A model generated the notes under the pieces. It was given only the letters and a program-made list of their open reading frames with translations. It was not told the origin of the DNA and ran no database searches. DNA of 64,000 nt from Spirochaetia bacterium (lineage in GTDB: Bacteria > Spirochaetota > Spirochaetia > SZUA-6 > Bin103). This document shows, piece by piece, positions 1 through 11,352 of the stretch (within the stretch, counting starts at the first letter, position 1; every line of letters begins with the position of its first letter). The translations under genes and the position numbers were made by a program. The stretch is from contig CBDBDQ010000005.1 in assembly GCA_965203905.1 (NCBI GenBank), positions 6,208,001-6,272,000 of the forward strand. Reading direction: 5' to 3'.

Positions 1-482
1 CGGTCGCACAGGTAGCCGGGATGGTCGACGCGGCTGTTGAGCAGCTCCACGTTGAGGTTGACGCCGCGTTCCTCGGCGTACGGAGCGATGCGGCGCAGCA
101 CGCGGGCGCACTCGACCATCCCCTCCAGGTCGCTCTGGCCGTGGAGCCGGTTGCCGGAGAAGACGATCAGGCCCGGCACCCCGTGCTGCGCCGCCAGCTC
201 GACGGAGTCGCGCAGCTCGGCCTCGATCCGGGGATGGTTGGCCGGATTGTTGCAGCCGTCCGGCAGCGACGCATGGCCCATGATGCTGGCCAGCACCAGC
301 CCCTGCTCCGCCGCCAGCGCGGCCACCTCTTCCACGCTGAACTCGTCTTCCACCGGGCCGCCGCTGCGGCCCCACATCTCCACGGCCCGGTAGCCGATGC
401 GGGCAGCTTCGCGGCACAGCTCCGCCAGGGACGAAAACTGTGGCTGGAAGATGGGGAAACAGAACGATTGCTTGATCCTCAC
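1..482 (-). CDS. Hydroxypyruvate isomerase / xylose-isomerase-like TIM-barrel protein (runs off the window start)
   Basis: Not in the ORF track. Manual minus-strand translation from GTG 482: MRIKQSFCFPIF...AARIGYRAVEMW...LIVFSGNR...NLNVELLNSRVDHPGYLCD, a typical Hyi-family pattern. Confidence 0.8.
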   Translation of the reverse strand, partial: MRIKQSFCFPIFQPQFSSLAELCREAARIGYRAVEMWGRSGGPVEDEFSVEEVAALAAEQGLVLASIMGHASLPDGCNNPANHPRIEAELRDSVELAAQHGVPGLIVFSGNRLHGQSDLEGMVECARVLRRIAPYAEERGVNLNVELLNSRVDHPGYLCD

Positions 483-593
483 GGCGCCATCATACCCCGG
501 ATCCCGCCACCTGGGGCAGCGCGCGACAGACCCCGCAGCCCCCCGGCCGCGCCAGGCCACCCGGTTTGACCCGCGGCCGGCAGACGCTGAACA

Positions 594-1742
594 ATGCGTA
601 GCGGAGGGGAAACCATTCGCATTGGCGTCATCTGCGGCGGGCAGTCCGCCGAACACGACATCTCCCTGCGTTCCGCGCGCGCCGTGGCCGCGGCGCTCGA
701 CGGCACCCACGAAGTGGTGCTCATCTACATCCAGCCCGACGGCACTTGGCGGCTGGCGGACCCGCGGCGGTTCATCGCGCATGCCACGGCGACCCGGGAT
801 GCACCGCCGCGGCTGAGCGGCGGCCCGCTGACCCTCAGCGGCGGCGCCGCGTCTGCCGCGCCACCGCCCGCCTTGGACCACGCCGCCGCCCGACTCGTGG
901 ATCTGGCCAGCGGTACCCCTTCGCCGCCGCTGGACGTCGTGTTCCCGGTGCTGCACGGCCCGTTCGGAGAAGATGGCACCGTGCAGGGACTGCTGGAGTT
1001 GGCGGGCGTGCCCTACGTGGGCGCGGGGGTGCTCGGCTCCGCCGTGGCCATGGACAAGGAGGTGACCAAGCGGCTGCTGCGCGACGCCGGCATCGCCAGC
1101 GCCCGCTTCCGCGCCCTGCGCGGTCCGCTGCAGGCGGCCGCCGCGGAGCGGATCTGCGCCGACCTGGGCCTGCCGCTGTTCGTCAAGCCGGCCAACCTCG
1201 GCTCTTCGGTGGGCGTGAGCAAGGTCGCCGCCTGCCGCGACCTCCCCGCGGCCGTAGCGGCGGCACTGCGCCACGACCGCAAGGTCCTGGTTGAGGAGTA
1301 CGTCGACGGTCGCGAGCTGGAGGTGTCGGTGCTCGGCAACGACCGCCGCGCGGCCTCACTGGCCGGCGAGATCGTCACCGGGAAGGCACACGAGTTCTAC
1401 AGCTACACCGCCAAGTACCTCGATGCCGATGGCGCCGAGCTGCTCATCCCCGCGCCGCTGTCCGACGCCGAACAACAGCGGGCGCGCGACCTGGCGTGCC
1501 GGGTGTGCGAAGTGCTGGAGGTGGAAGGGATGGCGCGCGTCGACTTTTTTCTGCGCTCTTCCGCCACCGCGCAGGGACAGCCCGACCTGTTGGTCAACGA
1601 GGTCAACACCATCCCCGGCTTCACCGAGATCAGCATGTACGGGAAGCTGTGGGAAGCCAGCGGCGTGCCGTTCGCGGAGCTCCTGCACCGGCTCCTCGAC
1701 CTCGCCGTCGAGCGCCACCGCAACCGCTCGCGGTTGCAGTGA
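594..1742 (+). CDS. ddl: D-alanine--D-alanine ligase
   Basis: Motifs GGQSAEHDISL, FPVLHGPFGEDG, VKPANLGSSVG, NEVNTIPGFT. Confidence 0.97.
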   Translation: MRSGGETIRIGVICGGQSAEHDISLRSARAVAAALDGTHEVVLIYIQPDGTWRLADPRRFIAHATATRDAPPRLSGGPLTLSGGAASAAPPPALDHAAARLVDLASGTPSPPLDVVFPVLHGPFGEDGTVQGLLELAGVPYVGAGVLGSAVAMDKEVTKRLLRDAGIASARFRALRGPLQAAAAERICADLGLPLFVKPANLGSSVGVSKVAACRDLPAAVAAALRHDRKVLVEEYVDGRELEVSVLGNDRRAASLAGEIVTGKAHEFYSYTAKYLDADGAELLIPAPLSDAEQQRARDLACRVCEVLEVEGMARVDFFLRSSATAQGQPDLLVNEVNTIPGFTEISMYGKLWEASGVPFAELLHRLLDLAVERHRNRSRLQ

Positions 1743-1816
1743 GCTCCACCGGCGCGGCAGCGCCCATCCTGCTCTGGTTCCGGCACGACCTGCGGCTGAC
1801 CGGCCACCGGCCCTGG
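1739..1816 (+). pseudogene. N-terminal remnant of a DNA photolyase/cryptochrome gene
   Basis: GTG overlaps the ddl stop (GTGA) and reads SSTGAAAPILLWFRHDLRLTGH, the photolyase WFRxDLRL motif; similarity is lost immediately after. Confidence 0.65.
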
Positions 1817-1838
1817 ATCGAGCTTCCGGCCCCGTGGT

Positions 1839-2597
1839 ATGAACCTGCAAGTGAAGGACTACACTGCGGCAACCTACGGCGATCGGATCGCGGAGCGCTA
1901 CGACCGCATGCATCCCGACGGCCCCGCCACGCAGGCGATGGTGGACGTGCTGGCCGGGCTGGCTGCCGGCGGGCGTGCCTTGGAGTTGGGCATTGGCACC
2001 GGCCGCGTGGCGCTGCCCCTGGCGGCACGCGGCATCGAGGTGCATGGCATCGACGCCTCCCGCGCCATGGTGGCGAAGCTGCACGCCAAGCCGGGAGGCG
2101 CAGCCATGCCGGTCACCATCGGTGACTTCGCCGAGTTCCAGCTCCACGGCAAGTTCAGCCTGGTATTCGTCGTCTTCAATACGTTCTTCGGCCTCGTCAC
2201 CCAGGACGCGCAGGTACAGTGCTTCAGCCACGTTGCCTCCCATCTGGGCCCCGGCGGGGTGTTCCTGATCGAGGCGTTCGTACCCGATCCGGGCCGCTTC
2301 ACCCGCGGCCAAAGCCTGGGATTGACCCGTGTCGAAGCGGACCAGGTAGAACTGGACGTCGCGGCACATGACCCGTTGACGCAACGCATCCACTCTCAGC
2401 ACGTGATCTTCACCGACTCGGGGACGCGCCTGTACCCGGTGCAGCTGCGCTACGCCTGGCCCTCCGAGCTGGACCTGATGGCCCGCCTCGCCGGGCTGCG
2501 CCTGCGTGAACGCTGGAGCGACTGGAGCGGCGCACCGTTCATGGCCGCCAGCAGCAGCCACATTTCCCTCTACGAACCTGACCCGCAGCGGGACTGA
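1839..2597 (+). CDS. Class I SAM-dependent methyltransferase
   Basis: SAM-binding motif LELGIGTGR, then GIDAS and HLGPGGVFLIE. Confidence 0.9.
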   Translation: MNLQVKDYTAATYGDRIAERYDRMHPDGPATQAMVDVLAGLAAGGRALELGIGTGRVALPLAARGIEVHGIDASRAMVAKLHAKPGGAAMPVTIGDFAEFQLHGKFSLVFVVFNTFFGLVTQDAQVQCFSHVASHLGPGGVFLIEAFVPDPGRFTRGQSLGLTRVEADQVELDVAAHDPLTQRIHSQHVIFTDSGTRLYPVQLRYAWPSELDLMARLAGLRLRERWSDWSGAPFMAASSSHISLYEPDPQRD

Positions 2598-2601
2598 GAC
2601 C

Positions 2602-3456
2602 CTGACCCGGCTCGACTGCGAACAATCACTCGACCTGGAGAGCACGCTGTTCAGCGGGCAGGCCTTTCGCTGGCGCCGCGTAGGAGGTTGCTACCAGGGC
2701 GTGGTCTTCCAGAATCTCGTCACGCTGCGGCCGACCGGCGCCGGCGTGGAATTCGCCACGCATCCCGACAGCGCAGTTCGCATCGCGCCGCTGCTGGCGG
2801 ACTACCTGTCCCTCGACACTGACCTGGCGCGGATCTACGGCTCCCTTTCCGCCGACAGTCGTCTGGCTGCCGCCCTCCCCCGTCATCGGGGAATGCGCGT
2901 GCTGCGCCAGGACCCCTGGGAGTGTCTGATCTGCTTCCTGTGCACTGCCGCCTCCAATATCCCGCGCATCACCCGCAACATCGAATCGATCTGCCGAGCA
3001 TACGGACGGCCGCTGCAAGAACGAACTGCGACGCGGCACAGCTTTCCCACGCCTGAGCAGTTGGCGGCAGCCGGCGAGGTCGAGCTCCGGGCACTCGGGC
3101 TCGGCTACCGGGCGGCCTACCTGACGTCGGTGGCGCGCAGCATCGCTGCCGGCGACCTCGATCTGTACGCACTGCGGGATGCGCCGTACCAGGCGGCGCT
3201 GGATGCGCTGCTGTCGCTCCACGGGGTCGGCGACAAGGTGGCCAACTGCGTGCTGCTGTTCGCGCTGGATAAGCCCGCCGCATTCCCCGTGGACACCCAC
3301 GTCGCGCAGCGCCTGCGCGAGTGGTATCCCGCCTGCGCACGGCTGAAACCGGTGCAGATGCGGGCCTGGGCCCAGGATCACTTCGGTCCTCACGCCGGCT
3401 ACGCCAACCACTACCTGTTCCACGACCGGCGACTCGCGCGCGACCGGCGAATATGA
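2602..3456 (+). CDS. ogg: 8-oxoguanine DNA glycosylase (OGG/HhH-GPD family); start uncertain
   Basis: TLFSGQAFRW, LRQDPWECLI, GLGYRA, HhH LHGVGDKVANC, FPVDTH. No ATG near the homology start; CTG at 2602 or an overlapping upstream start at 2506. Confidence 0.88.
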   Translation: MTRLDCEQSLDLESTLFSGQAFRWRRVGGCYQGVVFQNLVTLRPTGAGVEFATHPDSAVRIAPLLADYLSLDTDLARIYGSLSADSRLAAALPRHRGMRVLRQDPWECLICFLCTAASNIPRITRNIESICRAYGRPLQERTATRHSFPTPEQLAAAGEVELRALGLGYRAAYLTSVARSIAAGDLDLYALRDAPYQAALDALLSLHGVGDKVANCVLLFALDKPAAFPVDTHVAQRLREWYPACARLKPVQMRAWAQDHFGPHAGYANHYLFHDRRLARDRRI

Positions 3457-3509
3457 ATCAGGCGCCGTGAAGCCACTTTCGCCAGGGCACGATAAATCAT
3501 TTTACAATA

Positions 3510-3635
3510 GGTAAATCGATGCGCACGCCGTCCGGGTAGCGGCGCTGTGTCCACGCCGACTTGCCGGTGCCGCAGCGGATCGAACAGGTAGTAGCTCTGC
3601 GCGGGAGGATCGAAAAATCGATCTACAAACGCCAT
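3510..3635 (-). pseudogene. Frameshifted 5' remnant of an AAA_14/DUF4143-type ATPase
   Basis: MAFVDRFFDPPAQSYYLFDP, then in a shifted frame GTGKSAWTQRRYPDGVRIDL (a broken Walker A); no continuation. Confidence 0.6.
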
Positions 3636-3643
3636 ATTGAGTC

Positions 3644-4468
3644 TCAATGTGGCGCTAACGTATCCATTTTGTAACCGAATCCGGGGCTCAGCGGACGGCG
3701 CGTTCGTTGAACGAGGAGACCGAGCGCCTGGCAGAAATCCTCCTGGTGCAGACGCCTCGTGCGGCCATCCGCGCCCAGGTAGCGGTCGTAGCGTTCGACC
3801 ACGAGGTAGGGGCGTCCCGCAACCGAGCGCGGCTCCACCGCCGCTACGGAGAGTCCAAGCTCGGCGGCAAGTCGCATCGCAAACGCTTCGTTCTCCACGG
3901 CCGCGGGAAAACGGTCGAGCGCCGGCTTGAGAATGTGGGTAGTCGGTTGCCCGGGCGCCGGTATTCCAACCTGATCTCCGACGAGGACGACCGGCATCTT
4001 CGATTGCGCCCCGGCGAGGGACAGTCTCAACCGTCTCCCCGCGCCGGCCAGGAAGGGGTGCGTCGGCAGGGAGTCCAGAAGATCGATCATGCCCTCATCG
4101 GACAACGCCTTGGTCTGGTCCCGCGGCTCGTGCAGCGGTGGCGTCTCTCCTTTCGGCCACAGCGTCAGCGCACCCGCGACCTCGCCGCCGAGCCGCTCCA
4201 GCAGTCCGAATTCGTTGTCCGGCGAGACTCCCAGGACACGGGCAACCGCGTCGCGCTGTGCACCCTCGGGGAGAAGGCCTTCGAAGAACGGCCGGCACAG
4301 ACGGCGCCGGAACGGCTCCCGGCGTTTCGGCAGCGAGCAGGAGAGCGCCGGCGAGTCGTCCCGCGCCAGCCATTCCTCGGCGTAGGTGAACTGCATCTGA
4401 CCATCGCGATCGAGAGCGAGCGATCCGACTACCGCCCCCTCCCACCGCACCGTCAGGGCGCGCGTCAC
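3644..4468 (-). pseudogene. hipA: C-terminally truncated HipA toxin kinase
   Basis: HipA N-domain (FFEGLLPEG), P-loop SLAGAQSK, HILKP, VERYDR, HQEDFCQALG. It ends about 25 codons later without the GNxDxHxKN and PxYD catalytic motifs. Confidence 0.85.
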
Positions 4469-4695
4469 TGCCGCACCGGCTCGCCGTCAGCGCCCGGAGG
4501 CGGCTCGATCCTGAGCGTGCATCCCAGCGCCTCGAGTACGGCCAGCACCTTGCCGAGTTGGGCGGTCGGTTTACCGCGCTCCACCTCGACCAGAAAGCGC
4601 ACGCCGACGCCCGCGGCCGCCGCCAACTGATCCTGACGCAGCCCCTGAGCGCGCCGCGTGCCGCGAACGAGCTGTCCAATCTGCTTCGGGCTCAT
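4465..4695 (-). CDS. hipB: HipB-like XRE-family HTH antitoxin
   Basis: GLRQDQLAAAAGVGVRFLVEVERGKPTAQL; its stop overlaps the hipA start. Confidence 0.88.
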   Translation of the reverse strand: MSPKQIGQLVRGTRRAQGLRQDQLAAAAGVGVRFLVEVERGKPTAQLGKVLAVLEALGCTLRIEPPPGADGEPVRQ

Positions 4696-4702
4696 GCCTT
4701 GC

Positions 4703-4772
4703 CTTTCCCGAGCGGGAAAGATACGACCGATTGGCCCGATCGACAACCGAATTGTCCTGATCGGGACAATTC
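4703..4772. promoter_or_regulatory. Two palindromic putative HipB operators
   Basis: ctttcccg-ag-cgggaaag (4703-4720) and gaattgtcctgatcgggacaattc (4749-4772), sharing a cc(c/t)ga(g/t)cggg core directly upstream of hipB. Confidence 0.7.
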
Positions 4773-4832
4773 GAGGGAACGGACAGGCGGCTTGATCATT
4801 GACTCACTCGACCGGGAGCCGCCATGCAGCTG

Positions 4833-5453
4833 CTACATGGCGAGGAGTTGCTTGATGCGCATGAGGCGGGTGATGTTGCCGCGCTCCAGCTCCTCCAGCT
4901 TGGAGGAGATCATGCGGATGGTCTCGGCCTGCTGCGGGATGAGGACGTACTCCAGGGCGTTGACGCGGCGGCGGGTCTTCTCGATCTCGTCGGCGACCAG
5001 CTCGATGGTTTTTTCTGCCTCGGCCAGCTTCACCAGGCGTTCCAACACCTCTTTGAGCTTGACGATGGCCTGATCGAGTTCGACCACGGTGCCGTCGGTG
5101 CCGTAGGAGAGCAGGTTGCCCTCGATGGCGAACGAGAACACGGGCACGCGCACGTTCATGATCAGCTTTTCGGTCATGGTCAGCTCGGCCTCGCACTCCG
5201 GGAACGCCAGCGCGCTGCGGTACACCTCCGCCGGCATCGAAGCCGAGGCCACGATGAACTGCTGGAACAGCTCGCCGAGTTCGCTGTCCACCTGGCTGCG
5301 CAGCACCGCGTAGTCCTGCACGATGCCGGTGAAGTCCTTCAGCAGCCCCTCCAGCTTGTCCTTCAGCAGCTTGTGGCCGCGCTGCGCAAACTGCTGCTTC
5401 TTCTTCATGCGCAGCAGCTCCATGCGGTTGGGACTGACGGCGACGGTGGCCAT
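4833..5453 (-). CDS. ntpD: V/A-type ATP synthase subunit D
   Basis: PNRMELL...GHKLLKDK; IEKTRRRVNALEYVLIP. Confidence 0.95.
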   Translation of the reverse strand: MATVAVSPNRMELLRMKKKQQFAQRGHKLLKDKLEGLLKDFTGIVQDYAVLRSQVDSELGELFQQFIVASASMPAEVYRSALAFPECEAELTMTEKLIMNVRVPVFSFAIEGNLLSYGTDGTVVELDQAIVKLKEVLERLVKLAEAEKTIELVADEIEKTRRRVNALEYVLIPQQAETIRMISSKLEELERGNITRLMRIKQLLAM

Positions 5454-5463
5454 CGTATCGCGC

Positions 5464-6860
5464 CTAGGCGGGCTCGGCGACCGGAGCCGCCTGCGCGGTG
5501 CCCAGGTACTTGTCGATCAGCTCGGTGTCGATGCGGGTCAGCTCCGAACGCGGCAGCAGCTCCAGCAACTGCCAGCCGATGTTCAGCGTGTCCTCGATGC
5601 TGCGGTTCTCGTAGAACCCCTGGTTCACGAAGCGCTGCTCGAACTGGTCGGCGAAGGTGGCGTACTGGCGGTCGATCGGGGTCAGCGCCGCCTCGCCCAG
5701 CACCACCGCCAGCTCGCGCGCGTCACCGCCGCGGGCGTAGGCCGCGAACAACTGGTTGGCCACTCCCGAGTGATCCTCGCGCGTGCTGCCCTCGCCGATG
5801 CCCTTCTGCATCAGCCGCGACAGCGACGGCAGCACGTCGATCGGCGGCTCCAGCCCCTTGCGGTGCAGCGAGCGGCTCAGGATCACCTGTCCCTCGGTGA
5901 TGTACCCGGTCAGGTCGGGGATCGGGTGGGTCTTGTCATCCTCCGGCATGCTGAGGATCGGCACCTGGGTGATCGACCCGCGCTTGCCCTTGATGCGCCC
6001 GGCCCGCTCGTAGATCAGGGACAGGTCGGTGTACATGTAGCCCGGATAGGCGCGCCGTCCCGGCACCTCCTTGCGCGCCGAGGAAATCTCGCGCAGGGCG
6101 TCGCAGTAGTTGGTCATGTCGGTGAGGATCACCAGCACGTGCATGTCGCAGTCGAACGCCAGGTACTCCGCGGTGGTGAGCGCCACGCGCGGGATCGAGA
6201 TGCGCTCGATCACCGGGTCGTCGGCCAGGTTGATGAACAGCACTGCCCGCTCGATCGCGCCGGTGCGCCGAAAATCCTCCATGAAGAAGTTGGCTTCCTC
6301 GAAGGTGATGCCCATCGCCGCGAACACCACCGCGAACGGCTCCTCGCCGTGCAGCGTCCGTGCCTGGCGCGCGATCTGTGCCGCCAGCTCGGAGTGCGGC
6401 AATCCGGACCCGGAAAAAATCGGCAGTTTCTGGCCCCGTACCAGGGTCAGGTTGCCGTCGATGGCCGAAATCCCGGTCTGGATGAACTCCTCGGGAAAGT
6501 CGCGCGCATAAGGATTGATCGGCGAGCCGTTGATGTCGCGGAGCTGTTCCGGAATCACGTCGCCGGCGTCGTCCAGCGGTTCGCCGATGCCGTTCAGAAT
6601 CCGTCCCAGCATCTCGCGCGACACCCGGGCCATCATCCGCTGGCCGGTGAAGCGCACCGTCGCCAGGCTGGTGGCGATCCCCTGCGGCGCCTCGAACAAC
6701 TGCACCATGGCGCGTCCTGCCGCCGCCTCCAGCACCTGGCCACGCCGCACCGAGCCGTCAGGCAATTCGATGTCGGCCAACTCGCCGTAGGTGACGTCCT
6801 CCACTTCTTCCACGATCATCAGCGGCCCATCCAGGCCGCGCGCACTGCGGTATTCCTTGA

Positions 6861-6864
<4 letters not shown>
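5464..6864 (-). CDS. ntpB: V/A-type ATP synthase subunit B
   Basis: [44 protein letters not shown]. Confidence 0.97.
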
Positions 6865-8666
<1,802 letters not shown>

Positions 8667-8679
8667 ACCTTCCTTGTCG

Positions 8680-9069
8680 CTAGGTTGTCGTTGTCGCGGC
8701 AGTCGACTCCGCCTGGCGCTGCCGGGCCTGGCCCAGCAGGTCGATGCCGATGGCGCGTTCCACGGCCAGACGGATCTTCTCGAAACCGATGCCCCGGGCG
8801 CCGGATTGATCGGGCACGATGATCACGGCCGGCACGGTGCCGGTGCGCAGGCGGCTGATGGTGTCCAGGATCGGCTCCGCCAGCGCCTCGGTGATGAAGA
8901 TGATCGCGTACCTGCCGCCGGCCAGCAGCTCGCGCAGCGTGGTCAGGGCCTGTTCGCTGGTAGCCGCGGGATAGGCGTGCACGCCGCCCGCGGCGAAGCC
9001 ACGCACCGTGGAGCTGTCGCCGATCATGGCGATGTAATAGGTGGCGGATGCCGGTGACCGGTCGGACAT
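8680..9069 (-). CDS. ntpF: V/A-type ATP synthase subunit F
   Basis: IAMIGDSSTVRGF...IIFITE...VERAIGIDL; position in the operon. Confidence 0.9.
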   Translation of the reverse strand: MSDRSPASATYYIAMIGDSSTVRGFAAGGVHAYPAATSEQALTTLRELLAGGRYAIIFITEALAEPILDTISRLRTGTVPAVIIVPDQSGARGIGFEKIRLAVERAIGIDLLGQARQRQAESTAATTTT

Positions 9070-9079
9070 CGATCTCGTC

Positions 9080-10150
9080 CTACGCCGCCAGCGTTGCCTG
9101 TGCCTGGCCCATGAACGGGCCGCCCACGCGGGCGTCGATGGTCGCCTCCGCGACTCCCTTCAGCTTGGCGAGACAGATCAGGCGCAGGGCGTCCAGGTCG
9201 GCCCGCTTCTTGCGCAGGTAGTACACCGCGAACGCGAACGAGGGCGGTGCCATCCGCCAGGCGGCGATGCGGCGGTCGACCTGTTCCTGCTGCAGGCGCA
9301 CCGCGGCCCCGATCTCGGCGCCCTCGGCAATGCCGGTCAGCAGGGCGCGCAGCACGCCGCTGTAGCTGGCCAGCCGGCCACCCCACTCGGCCGGTGCCGC
9401 GGCGTACAGCTCTTCCAGGTCGGCCTGCCCCGGCAACTCCAGCAGGCCGTGGCGCACCACCTCCCAGGGCAGCCCGGCGGCGGCGCCGCGGGCCAGCAGC
9501 TCGCCGGCCGCGATGGCGCCGTGATCGGCATAGGCGGCCCCCACCTCGGGAGCCGCCGCCGTCGCGGTGGCGGTCTGGAACAGGTGGCCGAGACGGTCGA
9601 TCGCCAGTTCCAGCACCTGGCCGTTGCGGCCGGCGGCGTAGAATGCGCCCAGCGCCCGCTCCAGGATACGGGCCAGCGCGCGGCTGGCGCGGTCGGTGTC
9701 GCCGGCGGAGGTGAGCGTTCCCTCGCCGGCCACCGCGGCACGAATGGCCGCCACATTGCGGGTACCGGGCGGTCCGTAGCAGGCAGCCTCGTCGGCTGGT
9801 GCGATGGCGTCGGCGCCGTCCGCCGCCGAGCGCTGCGCATCCATGCGCAGGGCCACCTTCAGGTTGTACAGATCGCGCGCTACCAGCAGCAGCTCGCGCA
9901 GCGCCGGCTCCGGCGCGTAGCGCTCGATCAGCGACCGCAGATCCTCCTGCTCGGCGGCAATGGCCCGCTCCAGGGCGGCTTCGTCGAAGTCGGGAGCGAA
10001 GCTCCTCAGAAACGGCGAATCAGGATAGATCTGGACCAGCTCCGCCACCGACTGCATCCCCACCAGGGCGCGCAGGCGGGCGCCGTCGATCAGCTCGCCC
10101 TCGCGGCTGCGGATCAGCCCGTAGAGGTAGTTGTAGTCGCTCTCCGGCAC
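9080..10150 (-). CDS. ntpC: V/A-type ATP synthase subunit C (d-like)
   Basis: GTG 10150 behind a GAGGGGAG RBS; DYNYLYGLIRSREGELI, DLYNLKVAL; lies between subunits E and F. Confidence 0.8.
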   Translation of the reverse strand: MPESDYNYLYGLIRSREGELIDGARLRALVGMQSVAELVQIYPDSPFLRSFAPDFDEAALERAIAAEQEDLRSLIERYAPEPALRELLLVARDLYNLKVALRMDAQRSAADGADAIAPADEAACYGPPGTRNVAAIRAAVAGEGTLTSAGDTDRASRALARILERALGAFYAAGRNGQVLELAIDRLGHLFQTATATAAAPEVGAAYADHGAIAAGELLARGAAAGLPWEVVRHGLLELPGQADLEELYAAAPAEWGGRLASYSGVLRALLTGIAEGAEIGAAVRLQQEQVDRRIAAWRMAPPSFAFAVYYLRKKRADLDALRLICLAKLKGVAEATIDARVGGPFMGQAQATLAA

Positions 10151-10161
10151 CCGGACTCCCC

Positions 10162-10728
10162 TCAGTCGGCGGGGAACAGGGCGGCGCTGACCTCGATCTC
10201 GGCGTCGGCCGCCAGGGCGCGGAACTCCTCGTCCAGGGAGCAGTTCAACCGCGTCGTCCCGCGGTCGATCACGAAACCCGCCCGGAAGCGGCCCGCCTCG
10301 TCCGCGAGCTGGACCCCGTGCGCAGCAAGCAGCTCCTTGAAACTGCTTGTGAACCGGTCGCGTTCGCGCGCCGCCACCACGATCCGGTCGCCCCGTTGTG
10401 CGTGGGCGCTCAACTGGCGTTCCAGCCATGCGCGGTAGCCGGCCTCTTCGGTGACCTGCTGCCACGCCCGTTCATACACTTCGTCCAGCAGCTGGCGCTT
10501 GCGGGTGTGCAGCTTGCGGCGCTGCTCCAGCCGCGTGGTCGACAGCTCCTGCTGGACCGCTTCCTCCGCCTGGCGCCGGCCGCGGCGGCGGCGCTCCTCG
10601 GCCTCGCGCTCCAGCTCCGCGGTACCCTTGTTCAAGTCCGCGTCGTAGCGTTCCTGGGCCTCGCTCAGAAGCTGTTCGCCGGCGTTGCGGGCCGCTGCCA
10701 GGATCTGGTCGACGATGTTCTCGGCCAT
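10162..10728 (-). CDS. ntpE: V/A-type ATP synthase subunit E
   Basis: N-terminal coiled coil (IVDQILAAA...), C-terminal GFVI...NCSL; operon position. Confidence 0.85.
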   Translation of the reverse strand: MAENIVDQILAAARNAGEQLLSEAQERYDADLNKGTAELEREAEERRRRGRRQAEEAVQQELSTTRLEQRRKLHTRKRQLLDEVYERAWQQVTEEAGYRAWLERQLSAHAQRGDRIVVAARERDRFTSSFKELLAAHGVQLADEAGRFRAGFVIDRGTTRLNCSLDEEFRALAADAEIEVSAALFPAD

Positions 10729-10741
10729 GGTACCGGCCGCG

Positions 10742-11224
10742 TTACAGTACGATGACCACCATCAGGATGATGATCGTCGCTATCAGGGCGAACAGCCCGA
10801 AGGTCTCTACCAGCACCGGCATGATGACCGCGCGTCCGAAGGCGTCGGGCTTCTTCGCCACCACGCCCATGGACGACACCGCCACCTTGCCCTGCCAGAT
10901 GGCAGAGATGAGCTCCCCGAACATGGCCGGCACACAGGCGGCAAAGATCGCCAGTCCCGATGCCAGCTCCAGGTCCAGCATGCGGGCCGAGCTGAAGCCT
11001 TCCACCTTGACCAGCACCAGGATCGCTACCACGAGCCCGTAGATCGACTGCGTGGCAGGCAGCGCCTGCAGGATCAGCATCGATCCGAACTTGTCCGGAT
11101 CCTCCGAGATCACCCCGCCGGCCATCTCCCCGGCCAGACCGACACCGACCGACGAGCCGTAGGCGGCGAGGCCCGCCGCGAGCCCTCCGCCGAGGATCGC
11201 GATGGCGAATCCAATCGAAAACAT
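10742..11224 (-). CDS. ntpK: V/A-type ATP synthase proteolipid subunit K (four TM helices)
   Basis: 160 aa hydrophobic; ILQALPATQSIYG, WQGK, LVETFG. Confidence 0.95.
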   Translation of the reverse strand: MFSIGFAIAILGGGLAAGLAAYGSSVGVGLAGEMAGGVISEDPDKFGSMLILQALPATQSIYGLVVAILVLVKVEGFSSARMLDLELASGLAIFAACVPAMFGELISAIWQGKVAVSSMGVVAKKPDAFGRAVIMPVLVETFGLFALIATIIILMVVIVL

Positions 11225-11352
11225 GGTTGTCTACTCCTCCCTATGGGTCGGCACGGTCACTCCGTGACACGGAAGACGATGAAAAATCGATGCCCAGGCA
11301 TCGCCCGTTGGCCAGCATCCTCGGTCACTCCACGGCCTTGCTGCGCTCACAG

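Noticed and set aside
21-569. Plus-strand 182-aa ORF
   Set aside because: Shadow of the minus-strand Hyi-family gene.
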